Source of the DNA: Myxococcales bacterium
GTDB lineage: Bacteria; Myxococcota_A; UBA9042; JABWCM01; BTVJ01
Reading direction: 5' to 3'
Length of the DNA: 64,000 nt
Assembly (NCBI GenBank): GCA_045863395.1
Contig: BTVJ01000003.1
Coordinates: 128,001 to 192,000, forward strand
Of the stretch, positions 19,660-31,397 are shown in pieces. The position numbers were made by a program, and so were the translations under genes. Within the stretch, counting starts at the first letter, position 1, and each line of letters opens with the position of its first letter. The notes beneath the pieces are model-generated. The model was not told where the DNA came from and did not search any database. It worked only from the letters and a program-made list of their open reading frames with translations.

Positions 19660-19714
19660 CAAGCCTGGCGACGTGGGGGCGCCGAGACGTGCCGCGACCG
19701 GGGAGGCGACCAGC

Positions 19715-21598
19715 TCACGCCCGCAGGTACAGCTCCCGCTTCCTCAGGTGTACCAGGAGCGCGCTGAGGGCGGCGGGCGTCACTCCGCTGATGCGGCTCG
19801 CCTGACCGACGCTCTCCGGGCGCACGCGGCAGAGCTTCTCCCGCACCTCGGTGGACAGCCCGCCCAGCGCCCCGTAGTCCATGTCAGCGGGGATGGTGAG
19901 GTCGTCGAGGCGCTGGAGTCGGCCTACCGCCTCGTGTTGGCGCCGGATGTAGCCGTCGTACTTGACCTGGATCTCCACCTGCTCCAGCACGTCTCGCCGC
20001 TCGTCGAGCACGTCCGGGAGCAGCGGCACGAGGGCCGCCACGGTCACCTCCGGGCGCCTGAGCAGCTCCTCGATGGGCGTCGGGCCGCGCAGCGGCGCCG
20101 TCCCCAGGGTCGCGAGCGCGCTGCTGACGGCCGGAGTGGGCCCCACGCGCTCGGAGCGGACGCGAGAGAGCAGCGCGTCGATGCGGCGCCGCTTGTCCTC
20201 GAAGGCGGCCCACGCGGCGTCTCCCACGAGCCCCACGGCTCTGCCCCGCTCCCGAAGCCGCAGGTCCGCGTTGTCCTCGCGCAGCAGGAGACGGTGCTCC
20301 GCCCGGGAGGTGAACATGCGGTACGGCTCCTCCGTGCCGTGGGTCACGAGGTCGTCCACCATGACGCCGATGTAGGCCTCGGCCCGCGACAGCGTGAACG
20401 GTCCCCCGCCTCGCACCTGCTGGACCGCGTTGATGCCAGCGAGGAGCCCCTGGGCCGCCGCCTCCTCGTAGCCGCTGGTTCCGTTGATCTGGCCCGCCAG
20501 GAACAGCCCCCCGACGGCGCGGGTCTCCAGCGTGTGGCGGAGCTGGGTGGGCTCCACGTAGTCGTACTCGACGGCGTAGCCGGGGCGCGCGATCTCGGCG
20601 CGCTCCAGACCAGGGATGCTGCGGATGAGCGCGACCTGCACGTCGAGGGGCAGGCTCGTGCTGATGCCGTTCGGGTAGACCTCCCGGGTGGACAGGCCCT
20701 CCGGCTCCAAAAACACCTGGTGGCGCCCCTTGTCGGCGAAGCGCACGACCTTGTCTTCGATGGACGGGCAGTAGCGAGGCCCCACGCCCTGGATCGCGCC
20801 CCCGTAGAGGGGAGAGCGGTGGAGGTTCTCGCGGATGATCCGGTGTGTCGCCTCGGTCGTCCACGTGGAGTAGCACGAGACCTGTGGCTGCACGATGCGG
20901 GTGCCGTGGAAGGCGAAGGGGCGTGGATCGGCGTCCCCGGGCTGCTCCTCGAGGGAGGCCCAGTCGATGGTGCGGCCGTCGAGGCGCGGCGTCGTGCCGG
21001 TCTTGAGGCGACCCATGGCGAGCCCCAGCGCAGTGAGGCTCCCCGTCAGACCGTAGGACGCCGCCTCACCGGCGCGCCCCGCCTTGACCTTCGCCTCCCC
21101 GATGTGGATGAGGCCGCCCAGGAAGGTGCCGGTGGTCACCACCACGGCGGCTGACTCGAAGCGCACCCCGAGGCTCGTGTCCACCCCACGCACCCGCCCG
21201 CCCTCGACCACCAACGCCTCGACGCTCGCCTGCTTGACCGTCAGCCCGGGCTCGCTCTCACACACCTCCCGCATGCGGGCAGCGTAGAGCTGCATGTCCG
21301 CCTGCGCCCGCGTCGCCTGCACGGCAGGCCCCTTGCCCGTGTTGAGCGTGCGGAACTGGATGCCCGTGGCGTCGATGGCGCGGGCCATCTCGCCCCCGAG
21401 CGCGTCGATCTCCTTGACCAGGTGTCCCTTGCCGAGCCCGCCGATGGCCGGGTTGCAGCTCATCCACCCGATCTTGTCGATGTTGAGGGTGAGGAGGAGC
21501 GCGGTGCACCCCATGCGGGCAGCGGCCAGGGCCGCCTCGCAGCCGGCGTGGCCGGCGCCGATGACGATGACGTCCCACCTGCGGTCGTAGGTCAACAT
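19715..21598 (-). CDS. mnmG: tRNA uridine-5-carboxymethylaminomethyl modification enzyme MnmG/GidA
   Basis: [54 protein letters not shown]. Confidence 0.98.
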   Translation of the reverse strand: MLTYDRRWDVIVIGAGHAGCEAALAAARMGCTALLLTLNIDKIGWMSCNPAIGGLGKGHLVKEIDALGGEMARAIDATGIQFRTLNTGKGPAVQATRAQADMQLYAARMREVCESEPGLTVKQASVEALVVEGGRVRGVDTSLGVRFESAAVVVTTGTFLGGLIHIGEAKVKAGRAGEAASYGLTGSLTALGLAMGRLKTGTTPRLDGRTIDWASLEEQPGDADPRPFAFHGTRIVQPQVSCYSTWTTEATHRIIRENLHRSPLYGGAIQGVGPRYCPSIEDKVVRFADKGRHQVFLEPEGLSTREVYPNGISTSLPLDVQVALIRSIPGLERAEIARPGYAVEYDYVEPTQLRHTLETRAVGGLFLAGQINGTSGYEEAAAQGLLAGINAVQQVRGGGPFTLSRAEAYIGVMVDDLVTHGTEEPYRMFTSRAEHRLLLREDNADLRLRERGRAVGLVGDAAWAAFEDKRRRIDALLSRVRSERVGPTPAVSSALATLGTAPLRGPTPIEELLRRPEVTVAALVPLLPDVLDERRDVLEQVEIQVKYDGYIRRQHEAVGRLQRLDDLTIPADMDYGALGGLSTEVREKLCRVRPESVGQASRISGVTPAALSALLVHLRKRELYLRA

Positions 21599-21624
21599 GG
21601 GAGCATGCCTGGTAACGGGGCCGA

Positions 21625-22404
21625 CTACTTGCACTTGCCCTTGAGGTTCTTGACCCGGTCCTTGGCGACCGTCGCCTGCGGAGACTTGGACGCCTCCCGC
21701 TGGAGCAGCTCGTAGACGGCCTTCGCCTTGTCGCAGTCGTTCTGCTGGGTGAGCACCTCGCCGATGCGCAGGAGCGCCTCGGGCATGCGGGGGCTGCTCT
21801 TGTAGGTGCTGAACACCGACTGATACTCCGCCAGCGCCGCCTCCCAGGCCTTCTCTGCCAGGTAGGTCTCGCCGACGAAGAACTGGGCGTCGGCCGCCTC
21901 GATCCCCTGGGGGTAGCGGTCCAGGTACTGGCGGAAGATGGCGCGTGCCTCCTTGGACTTGCCCTGCTGCAGGCGATCCACCCCCGCCTTGTAGAGGCCG
22001 TCGGGGGTGGTGGGCAGGTTCGTGGGCAGCACCGTGATCGTGGTGCCGAACTTGCGGTCGAGAAACTCCACGACCTGCGTCACGAGCTGCGACGCCCTCT
22101 CCGACGAGAACTTCAGCTCCTCCAACGCCCCCGAATTGCGGCGGGACCGCTGGTCCACCTCGTCGACGCGCGCGAGGAGATCCGCGCCGTTCTGTTGGAG
22201 CGTCTCCTTCGCCTCTTTGAGCAGCGAGTTCAGGTTCTCGAGCCGCTGCATGTCCCGCTGCATCATCTCCTGTTGGTTCTTCTGCTCGTCCTCGATGAGC
22301 TTCACCCGCTCGACCAGCGCGTCGTACTTTCCGATGGTGACGCAGCCGGTGGCAGGGAGGGCCACTACGAGGATCCACGCCGCCACGCCAGAGGTCCGCT
22401 TCAT
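21625..22404 (-). CDS. cpoB: Tol-Pal-associated TPR lipoprotein CpoB/YbgF
   Basis: ATGC lipobox, coiled coil, TPR segments ([16 protein letters not shown]); downstream of pal. Confidence 0.8.
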   Translation of the reverse strand: MKRTSGVAAWILVVALPATGCVTIGKYDALVERVKLIEDEQKNQQEMMQRDMQRLENLNSLLKEAKETLQQNGADLLARVDEVDQRSRRNSGALEELKFSSERASQLVTQVVEFLDRKFGTTITVLPTNLPTTPDGLYKAGVDRLQQGKSKEARAIFRQYLDRYPQGIEAADAQFFVGETYLAEKAWEAALAEYQSVFSTYKSSPRMPEALLRIGEVLTQQNDCDKAKAVYELLQREASKSPQATVAKDRVKNLKGKCK

Positions 22405-22518
22405 CTTCACTCCCCGAGTGGGTCGTTGATCGCGAGGGAGACACGGGGTGGCGCCGCCGGGGGGGGAAGACCCTCGGCTGCTCACGAGACGCCACCCCGG
22501 GCTGGCCCCCGAAACGAC

Positions 22519-22548
22519 AAAAAGGGGGCTGCCGGAAAGCAGCCCCCT
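22519..22548 (-). terminator. Rho-independent terminator after pal
   Basis: Minus strand reads AGGGGGCTGC-TTTCCG-GCAGCCCCCT followed by a T run. Confidence 0.75.
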
Positions 22549-22613
22549 CTCGTCGGCCTGACACTCAGCGAGGAGAGCCGGGACGGCGCTCCTCAGAGAG
22601 ATATCCCCGGGCT

Positions 22614-23381
22614 CTACTTGAAGCTGAACTCGGCGCGGCGGTTCCGCCACCAGCAGCTCTCACTGCTCTCGGTGCAGACCGGGCGCTCCTCGCCGTAGGA
22701 CACGGTCTTGAAGCTGACGCCCGCGCCCATCTGGTTCAGGTAGTCGCGGCCGGCGCGAGCACGGCGCTCGCCGAGCGCCAGGTTGTACTCGTCCGAGCCG
22801 CGCTCGTCGCAGTGACCCTCGACCGTCACGTTCTGGCTACGCTTCTTGATGCAGTCCGCGTTGCCCGACAGCTTGGCCCGCGCGTCGCTGGTCAGGGTCG
22901 ACTCGTTGTAGTCGAAGTAGATGGTGTCCAGCGAGCAGTCCGCCAGGACGCAGCTCCCGTTGATGCACTTCTTGCCCGGGGGGCACTGCGAGTCGTCCGT
23001 GCACTCGATGTCCGGCACGCACATGCCGCCGCTGCAGATCTGGCCGGCGGGGCAGTCCTCGTTGGAGCGGCACCGTGCGCCGCACTCGCCGTAGTTGGTG
23101 CCGACGACGCGGTAGCAGCGGCCGTTCGGGCAGTCCAGGTCAGACGTACAGCAGCCGGGGGTCTGCTGGCAGGTGTAGCCCTCGCCGCAGAACTTGCAGG
23201 GGTTGGCCGCGGAGCAGTTCGAGTCGTCGGCGCAGTCCTTGCACATCTTGTTGACGCAGTACTGCCCCTTGTCCTTGCAGTGCTCGTCCTTGTCGCAGTT
23301 CGGGTACTTGGGGCCGCAACCAGCCAGGAAGAGCAGTCCTGCGCCGGCGACCAGCATGGTGCCCAGGGTGATCCGAGTCAT
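22614..23381 (-). CDS. pal: Peptidoglycan-associated lipoprotein (OmpA-like domain) with N-terminal Cys-rich repeats
   Basis: FLAGC lipobox; IYFDYNES; VEGHCDERGSDEYNLALGERRA; SYGEERP; NRRAEF. Confidence 0.88.
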   Translation of the reverse strand: MTRITLGTMLVAGAGLLFLAGCGPKYPNCDKDEHCKDKGQYCVNKMCKDCADDSNCSAANPCKFCGEGYTCQQTPGCCTSDLDCPNGRCYRVVGTNYGECGARCRSNEDCPAGQICSGGMCVPDIECTDDSQCPPGKKCINGSCVLADCSLDTIYFDYNESTLTSDARAKLSGNADCIKKRSQNVTVEGHCDERGSDEYNLALGERRARAGRDYLNQMGAGVSFKTVSYGEERPVCTESSESCWWRNRRAEFSFK

Positions 23382-23673
23382 CGCCTTCGTCCTCCGCCAA
23401 TGTGTTCACGTTGCATCGAAAAAAGAGCGGGCGCCGAGAGCCGGCGTGCGCTGGCCTCGACCCCCGGCCGGGTGCCAGGTTGCGCCGTACAGTAGGCCAT
23501 CACGTTTTTCTTGTCAACTACCCCCGGGTTGGCGCTGTCGTTTTTGTAACTCATCGTATCTATGGGTGAAAGTGGCCGGCCGGTCGGGCGGCTCGCGTGC
23601 GGGGAGGCGTCTTGTTGGAGGGGCGCTCGGTGGTAGAATGCACCCCCAACCGCGGACGAGGGAGTGTGGGCAC

Positions 23674-24183
23674 ATGGCGAGCATCAAGGATCAGCTCCTG
23701 AAGGCCGGGCTGGTGTCGAAGAAGGACGCGAGAAAGGCTGGAGCCGAGAAGCGTGCCGAGAGGCTCGCCCAGGGGGTGCAGGCCTCCGAGGCCGCTGCCG
23801 AGGCCGAAGCGCGCCGCCGGGCCCTCTACGATCAGAGGCTCGCGGAGCAGCAGGCTCGCGACCAGGAGCACGAGGCGCGGCAGAAGGAGGAGCAGCGGGG
23901 GCGCGACGCCCACAATCGCATGCTGAACCTGGTGAGCGCCCACGCGCTCCCGCTCCGAGGGGGGGATCGCCGCTGGCACTTCGTCTGCCGCGACGGGGTC
24001 ATCCGCTGGATCGCCGTACCCGAGGCCATCGCGCAGCGCCTGGAGGGGGGCTCGGCCGCCGTCATCGAGGATCCGCGCACGGTGGCGCGCGCCTTCATGG
24101 TCGTGGCCGCGGAGGCAGCCCAGGCGTGCAGCGAGACCAGCGCGGAGCGGGTCCTGTTCTGGAACCCGAGGGCGCGACCCTGA
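23674..24183 (+). CDS. DUF2058/YaiL-like protein
   Basis: MASIKDQLLKAGLVSKK N-terminus typical of this family, then coiled coil. Confidence 0.75.
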   Translation: MASIKDQLLKAGLVSKKDARKAGAEKRAERLAQGVQASEAAAEAEARRRALYDQRLAEQQARDQEHEARQKEEQRGRDAHNRMLNLVSAHALPLRGGDRRWHFVCRDGVIRWIAVPEAIAQRLEGGSAAVIEDPRTVARAFMVVAAEAAQACSETSAERVLFWNPRARP

Positions 24184-24361
24184 CCCCGTTCCGCTGCCAG
24201 GGCGAGCGCGGGATGCGCTCCCTGGCTTGCTCCCGCCCACCGAGCGATGTAGCGTACCGCGCCGCGCCAGCGGGGGGGCATCGGTGCCCGGGACTGGGAA
24301 GGCGACAGGACGGCACACCAGGGGCCTCGCCGTCAGTGGGGCAAAGGAGAGGGACGGCTTC

Positions 24362-25846
24362 GTGAAGGTCGCGGTGGACAAGGAGCTGGGGCGGCGCATC
24401 CTGCGCCTCGCATCGCCGGTCATGCTGGCGATGCTCACCCAGACGGCGCTGAACCTGGTCGACACCATCATGGTGGGGTGGCTGCCTGCCAACTACTCCA
24501 TCGCGGGTCAGAGCGCCATCGCCTACTCCCTGATCCTGCTGTGGGCCGTGGGGGGGTTCCTGTCGTCGATCCAGGTCGGAACGCAGGCGATCACGGCCCG
24601 CCGGTTCGGCGAAGGACGCCGGGAGCTCGCGGGGCGTGCCCTGACGAACTCCCTCGTGCTGTCGTTCACCAGCGGCACCGCCCTGTCCATCGTGTTCTAC
24701 CTGCTGATGTACAAGATCTTCCCGTTCTTCAGCAGCAACCCGAGCGTGGTCCAGCTTGGTACCGAGTACGCCGAGTATCGCATGCTCGGCGTGCTCTCCA
24801 TGGTCGCGACGGTCAGCTACAAGAGCTTCTACGACGGCATCGGGGCGACCCACGTGCACATGGTCGCCGCAATCGTCATGAACGTCGCCAACCTGATCCT
24901 CAACTACGTGCTGATCTTCGGCATCGGGCCCTTCCCGCAGATGAACGTGGCCGGCGCGGGCCTGGGCAGCCTGATCAGCACGTACATCGGGCTCGCGGTG
25001 ATGATCGGGTGGAGCTTCATCCCGCGCACGGTCCGGTCCTACCGTTACTATCGTCGCGCCAACCTGAACCTGTCCGTCACCTGGGAGATCATCCGCCTGT
25101 CGGTGCCGAGCGGTCTCGCGACGGTGTTCGTGATGAGCGGCTTCGGCATCTTCCTCAAGATCGTCGGGATGCTGGACTCCAGGGCCTCACTGGACGCCCT
25201 CGCCGGTGTCCCCTCCTACACTGAGGGCGCCGTCGCCGCGCTCCAGTCCGTCACCATGATCCCTGCCGTGAGCGACCCGTACCTCCACGTGGCGCTCAAC
25301 CGCCCGCCCGTGTTCACCGCCGCGACCAAGGTGATCATGGACATCCTCTCCATCTCGTTCATGACGATGATCGCCTTCGGGACCGCCACCGCCACGCTCG
25401 TGGGCCAGAGCCTGGGGGAGCGCAAGCCCGACCTGGCGGAGCGCTTCGGCTGGGAGTCGGCGAAGATCGGCTCCTACCTCATGTGCGTCACGGGGGCATT
25501 CGCCATCCTGATCCCCGACGTGCTCATCGGGCTGTTCAACCCCGACCCGCAGGTCATCGACGCGGGGCGCAACGCGCTGCGCCTCATGGGCATCGGCGAG
25601 GTGTTCGTCGCCATCGGGATGGTGTTCGCCCAGGCGCTCTTCGGCGCGGGGAACAGCAAGTTCGTGATGTGGGCCGAGATGGTGCTCCACTTCGTGTGCC
25701 TCATCCCGCTCAGCTATCTCTTCGGCATCGTGCTCGACTGGGGGCTCGTCGGCGTGTGGGGCGCCGCGCTGCTCTACATCGTGCTGTTGGCCATCGTCAT
25801 GGCCTGGAAGTTCTCGCGGGGCGAGTGGAAGCACATCCACCTGTGA
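24362..25846 (+). CDS. MATE family efflux transporter
   Basis: ILRLASPV..NLVDTIMVG; NLILNYVLIFG..PQMNVAGAG; TLVGQSLG; about 12 TM helices. Confidence 0.92.
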   Translation: MKVAVDKELGRRILRLASPVMLAMLTQTALNLVDTIMVGWLPANYSIAGQSAIAYSLILLWAVGGFLSSIQVGTQAITARRFGEGRRELAGRALTNSLVLSFTSGTALSIVFYLLMYKIFPFFSSNPSVVQLGTEYAEYRMLGVLSMVATVSYKSFYDGIGATHVHMVAAIVMNVANLILNYVLIFGIGPFPQMNVAGAGLGSLISTYIGLAVMIGWSFIPRTVRSYRYYRRANLNLSVTWEIIRLSVPSGLATVFVMSGFGIFLKIVGMLDSRASLDALAGVPSYTEGAVAALQSVTMIPAVSDPYLHVALNRPPVFTAATKVIMDILSISFMTMIAFGTATATLVGQSLGERKPDLAERFGWESAKIGSYLMCVTGAFAILIPDVLIGLFNPDPQVIDAGRNALRLMGIGEVFVAIGMVFAQALFGAGNSKFVMWAEMVLHFVCLIPLSYLFGIVLDWGLVGVWGAALLYIVLLAIVMAWKFSRGEWKHIHL

Positions 25847-25850
25847 GCCT

Positions 25851-27218
<1,368 letters not shown>

Positions 27219-27221
27219 CGG

Positions 27222-28730
27222 TCAGGTCGGCAGGTCGCCCAGGCGCCGCGAGAGGATGTCCACCAGCGCCATGATGGTCGCCTGGGGGTTCACCGCGCTG
27301 GGCGCCGGGAAGAGGCTCGCGTCGTTGACGTAGAGGCCCGTGACCCCGCGCACCGCGCCCGCCTCGTCCACCGCGCTGTCCGCCGCCCGGGCGCCCATGC
27401 GGCACGACGCGAAGATGTGGTTGGCGGTCATGTTCATGTCCGCGGCGCGCAGCCGGGGGCTCAGCATGGCCTCCGTGTCTGCGGGGGTGCGCATCTGGTG
27501 CTTCGTGCCCGGCAGGCCCGCGTACACGTAGCGGGCGCCGACCTTGAGCAGCGCGTCCGCCGCGAGCTTCAGGCCACGGTTCAGGGTGTGGGCCTCGGCG
27601 TCCGGGATGATCAGGCGCCCGCGCGGTATCCCGCCCCACCCCGACCTCACCGTCCCGCGCATCTTCCCCTTGTAGACCGCCGCGATGACCGTCGTGTGGC
27701 GCACGTCGCTCAGCATCTGCAGGAACGGGAGCCCCACGTCGCCCCAGCGGACCATCAGCGCCGAGATGGGCGCCCAGAGACACTCCAGCTTGAGCCCAGG
27801 GATGTCGTCCACGATGGCGCCCCAGCCCTGGGTGGCGCCGATCCAGGGGTCGACGACCTCCTCCATGCAGCCGACGACGCCGCCGCTCAGGTGGGCGTAG
27901 AGGGTCGCGCCCACCTGGCCGCCCCCGCTGACGCCGCTGCGCAGCAGCAGGGCCGGCGTATTCAGCGCGCCGGCCGCCAGCACGACCCGCGGGGCGCGCA
28001 CGGTGAACTGCCCCTGCCGCGTCCAGGTGAACGGGTCGACGACGTGGCCCGACACGCCGACGGCCCGCGACCCCTCGGTCAGCACGCGCCCCACCACCGA
28101 GCAGGTGAAGACCTCTGCCCCGTCCCGCTCCGCGTCCTTGAGGTAGGTGCGGTCCGTGGACTGCTTGGCGCCGGAGGTGCAGCCCGTCATGCAGTCGGCG
28201 CACCCCTCGCAGCCGTCCACGGCGCGGGGCAGGGGCTTGCTCTTGAGCCCCACGGAGTCCAGCGCGTCCCGCACCACCAGGTTGCGCCGCCCCATGACCG
28301 CCAGCGGCGTCGGCGCCACCCGGAGGCGCTGGTACACCCGCTCGTAGGCGCGGTCCAGGATGGGATCCGTGAACAGGCCGAGGCCGGACTCCTGCGCCCA
28401 CTCCTGGCGCACCCACTGCGGCATGGAGAGCATGATGGCCGAGTTGACCACCGTGCTGCCCCCCAGGCAGCGGCCCTGCATGCAGGGAAACTCGCCGGTG
28501 CCCGTGACCGTGCGCAGGCCCCCGTCCCAGTAGTGGCGCGCGAGGACAAGGGGGGCGTCCCGGGTCATGTCGGGGGCGCGCAGCTCGGCGCCCGCCTCCA
28601 GGACCACGACCTTCATGCCTGCCTTGGCCAGGTTGGCCGCGGCGATCGCGCCACCCGCGCCGGTGCCGACCACCACCACGTCGGCGGTCGCCTCGAAGCC
28701 GCCCCGCACGTCGTCGAGCCCGTGCCTCAT
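27222..28730 (-). CDS. GMC family FAD oxidoreductase
   Basis: VVVGTGAGG; GRCLGGSTVVNS; CEGCADCMTGC; NHIFASCRMG; VNPQATIMA. Confidence 0.92.
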   Translation of the reverse strand: MRHGLDDVRGGFEATADVVVVGTGAGGAIAAANLAKAGMKVVVLEAGAELRAPDMTRDAPLVLARHYWDGGLRTVTGTGEFPCMQGRCLGGSTVVNSAIMLSMPQWVRQEWAQESGLGLFTDPILDRAYERVYQRLRVAPTPLAVMGRRNLVVRDALDSVGLKSKPLPRAVDGCEGCADCMTGCTSGAKQSTDRTYLKDAERDGAEVFTCSVVGRVLTEGSRAVGVSGHVVDPFTWTRQGQFTVRAPRVVLAAGALNTPALLLRSGVSGGGQVGATLYAHLSGGVVGCMEEVVDPWIGATQGWGAIVDDIPGLKLECLWAPISALMVRWGDVGLPFLQMLSDVRHTTVIAAVYKGKMRGTVRSGWGGIPRGRLIIPDAEAHTLNRGLKLAADALLKVGARYVYAGLPGTKHQMRTPADTEAMLSPRLRAADMNMTANHIFASCRMGARAADSAVDEAGAVRGVTGLYVNDASLFPAPSAVNPQATIMALVDILSRRLGDLPT

Positions 28731-29197
28731 GGCTTCACCGCTGCGAGGGCGTCGGGCCGCAGGGGGACCCGGAGCGGGTCCTCGGGGCGGTCGCACGCGG
28801 CGTACTGGCCCACGAAGGTGAGCACCGCGGGGTGGGACGCGTAGATCATGGTCAGGGAGGCCTTCACGCCGACTCCCACGAGGTTCACCGGGTAGAAGCG
28901 AGACCGTCGCCAGCGACGGATTGCCTCCGTCCTCCTCTGGACGGGTAGCCGCGAGAAGCGCCCGAGGCCCACCAGCAGGACCACGGGGAGGACGAGCTCG
29001 AGGAGCGAGTAGAGCGTGATCAGGAGGAGCCGCTGGGGAGGGGGCAGGGCGTCGATCCAGATCATCGCCCGCCGGACGATGTCCACCTGTTGCCAGTCCG
29101 GGGCCCCCAGGTCGTTGGACGGGAACAGGGCCTCCGCGGCCCCGCGGATGCCGTCCATCGCCCGTCGCTCCAAGAATCCTCGTTGGTCGGCGCTCAT
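28727..29197 (-). CDS. Small protein translationally coupled to the GMC oxidoreductase (possible accessory subunit)
   Basis: ATGA overlap with GMC start; RFSRLPVQRR...W pattern. Confidence 0.65.
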   Translation of the reverse strand: MSADQRGFLERRAMDGIRGAAEALFPSNDLGAPDWQQVDIVRRAMIWIDALPPPQRLLLITLYSLLELVLPVVLLVGLGRFSRLPVQRRTEAIRRWRRSRFYPVNLVGVGVKASLTMIYASHPAVLTFVGQYAACDRPEDPLRVPLRPDALAAVKP

Positions 29198-29283
29198 GGC
29201 GAGCACCGTAGCAGAGCCACCGCGCGCCGTCGACGGGGTGCGACAAATAAACCGACCGATCGGTCGGAATCCTTGTTACCGCA

Positions 29284-30192
29284 TCAGGGAGAGATGGCGG
29301 GGCACACGACGGGCGGGTCCTCGGGGGTGGCGACGAAGCCTCCGTGGGCGCAGGTGCTCTCGGGGGCCTTGCCCTGGTGCTCCTCCACGAAGTGCTCCAG
29401 GGCGTGGGTGTCCAGGCAGCTCGCGGTCAACGACCACTCCCACGCCAGGGCTGCGATGGTGATGCCATCCGGGAGGCACGGGTCCTCCGTGAGCACGAAG
29501 CGGCTCTGCACGCCGTCGACGGCATCGCACAGCGGCTCGGGGGGCAGGGTGGCCACGAAGGCCTGGAGCTCCGCCACCAGCTCCGGGCAGGGGGTGTCGC
29601 AGCGGTAGAGGAAGACGATGCCCCCGTGCTCCAGGTTGTGGACGAAGTGGGCGGCAGGGACGACGCCGTTGGCCACTCCCCAGGCCGACCAGACCGCGTA
29701 GTGATCGCCCGCCGAGGGGGGGTAGGTCGGGTAGCTCGGCGGCTCGGTCACGTGGGCGGCCCCGGGGCTCGGCAGGAACGTGGTGGTTGGCTCACAGGCC
29801 GCCGTGGCGTCCGTCGCCACGTCGGGGGGGATGTGTGGGGTGTCCTCCGTGGGGGGCACGTCCTCCCCCTGCACCGCGTCGGCGGAGCTCGCGTCGCCGC
29901 TCCCCGCGTCGCCGTGTACCGCGTCCTCCAGGGTCGCGTCGCCCTGAGCCGCGTCACCGGGCCCGTCGGCGGCGTCGGCCGCGTCCCCGTCGGATCCTCC
30001 GCCGGTGTCAGCGACGGCGTCGGTCTTGCCCGGGCCGCTGTCTGCGCCGCTCGCGTCGGCCCCCGAGGAGCCGTCTCCGCTGGTCGTCCCGTCGGTGCCG
30101 GACGCGATGGCCCACCCGGTGGTGCCGTAGTCGTTGTCGCAGCCGACCGCGAGGAGCGCGACCGCCGCCAGGGTCCAGAGGTCCAATCTCAC
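29284..30192 (-). CDS. DUF3105-like lipoprotein
   Basis: LAVGC lipobox; Asp/Gly linker; YPTYPPSAGDHY; VHNLEHGGIVFLY; AWEW; APE. Confidence 0.85.
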   Translation of the reverse strand: MRLDLWTLAAVALLAVGCDNDYGTTGWAIASGTDGTTSGDGSSGADASGADSGPGKTDAVADTGGGSDGDAADAADGPGDAAQGDATLEDAVHGDAGSGDASSADAVQGEDVPPTEDTPHIPPDVATDATAACEPTTTFLPSPGAAHVTEPPSYPTYPPSAGDHYAVWSAWGVANGVVPAAHFVHNLEHGGIVFLYRCDTPCPELVAELQAFVATLPPEPLCDAVDGVQSRFVLTEDPCLPDGITIAALAWEWSLTASCLDTHALEHFVEEHQGKAPESTCAHGGFVATPEDPPVVCPAISP

Positions 30193-30326
30193 GCGCTCAC
30201 CTCCTGGTTGCAGCGCGCCAGGGTGGGCCAACGGAGCGCCGATTTCAAGTTCCGTGGTCGTCGCGAGGCCGGCTTGCGCCTCGTGGTGGTTCCGCGCTAG
30301 AAGGACCCCAACAGGGAGGTGCGGCG

Positions 30327-31379
30327 ATGAAGGCGAAGGCGGCGATCATCGGTGCGACCGGGTATGGTGGGGCGGAGCTCCTGCGGAGCCTGCTCTTCCA
30401 CCCCCACGTGGAGGTCATCCGCACGACGGCCGTGGACAACGTGGGCAGGCGGGTCGGCGACGTCCACCTGAGCCTCGCGTCGTCGAGCGACCTGGTCATC
30501 GAGCAGATGCCGCCTCGGGACGCGGCGGATGGCGCGGACCTGGTGTTCCTGGCGCTGCCCCACAAGGTGACGGCGAAGGTCGCCATGGAGCTGTTCGAGA
30601 CGGGGGTCCGCATCGTGGATCTCTCCGGCGACTTCCGGCTCCGGGACGCTGCTTCCTATGAGCGCTGGTACGGGGCGGAGCACCCGTGCCCCGAGCAGCT
30701 CGGCGCCTGGGCCTACGGCATGCCCGAGCTGCACCGGGAGCGGCTGCGCGAGGCGACCCGCATCGCCAGCCCCGGGTGCTTCGCGACGGCCATCGCCTTC
30801 TCACTCATGGCGGCGGCGCGGGGCGGTCTCCTGAGCGGCCCGGTCCCGGTGCTCGCGGCCACCGGGTCGAGCGGCAGCGGCGCCGAGCCCAAGCCGACCA
30901 CGCACCACCCGCTGCGCGCGGGCAACCTGCGCACCTACAAGCCGCTGGAGCACCAGCACGTCCCCGAGATCGAGCAGACTCTGCGGGACGCCGGGGCCGA
31001 CCCGAGCCTGCACCTCCAGTTCGTGCCCGTCTCCGCCCCGCTCGTGCGCGGCATCTTCGCCACCGCCTTCATCCGGGTCCCGGCGAGCTTCGACGAGGCC
31101 GACGCGCGGGCCCTCTACCAGACCTGCTGGGCCGGCGAGCCCTTCGTGCGGGTGGTCGAGGGGCGGCAGCCCGAGGTGGTCGCCGTCGCAGGCAGCATGT
31201 TCGCCGAGGTCGGCTGGGCGCTGGACACCGAGGTCCAGGGCTACTCCCGCACCCTCGTGTGCTTCGCCGCCATCGACAACCTCGTCAAGGGCGGCGCCGG
31301 CCAGGCGGTGCAGGCGACCAACGTGATGATGGGCTGGCCGGAGACGGCCGGCCTCGACCGTCCATCGGCCTGGCCATGA
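30327..31379 (+). CDS. argC: N-acetyl-gamma-glutamyl-phosphate reductase
   Basis: IIGATGYGGAEL; FLALPH; VDLSGDFRL; IASPGCF; IDNLVKGGAGQAVQ. Confidence 0.95.
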   Translation: MKAKAAIIGATGYGGAELLRSLLFHPHVEVIRTTAVDNVGRRVGDVHLSLASSSDLVIEQMPPRDAADGADLVFLALPHKVTAKVAMELFETGVRIVDLSGDFRLRDAASYERWYGAEHPCPEQLGAWAYGMPELHRERLREATRIASPGCFATAIAFSLMAAARGGLLSGPVPVLAATGSSGSGAEPKPTTHHPLRAGNLRTYKPLEHQHVPEIEQTLRDAGADPSLHLQFVPVSAPLVRGIFATAFIRVPASFDEADARALYQTCWAGEPFVRVVEGRQPEVVAVAGSMFAEVGWALDTEVQGYSRTLVCFAAIDNLVKGGAGQAVQATNVMMGWPETAGLDRPSAWP

Positions 31380-31397
31380 CCCTGGGAGCGTGACTTC

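Noticed and set aside
19715..22564. 949-aa ORF suggesting an N-terminally extended MnmG
   Set aside because: Extension overlaps cpoB in another frame; MnmG homology starts at 21598
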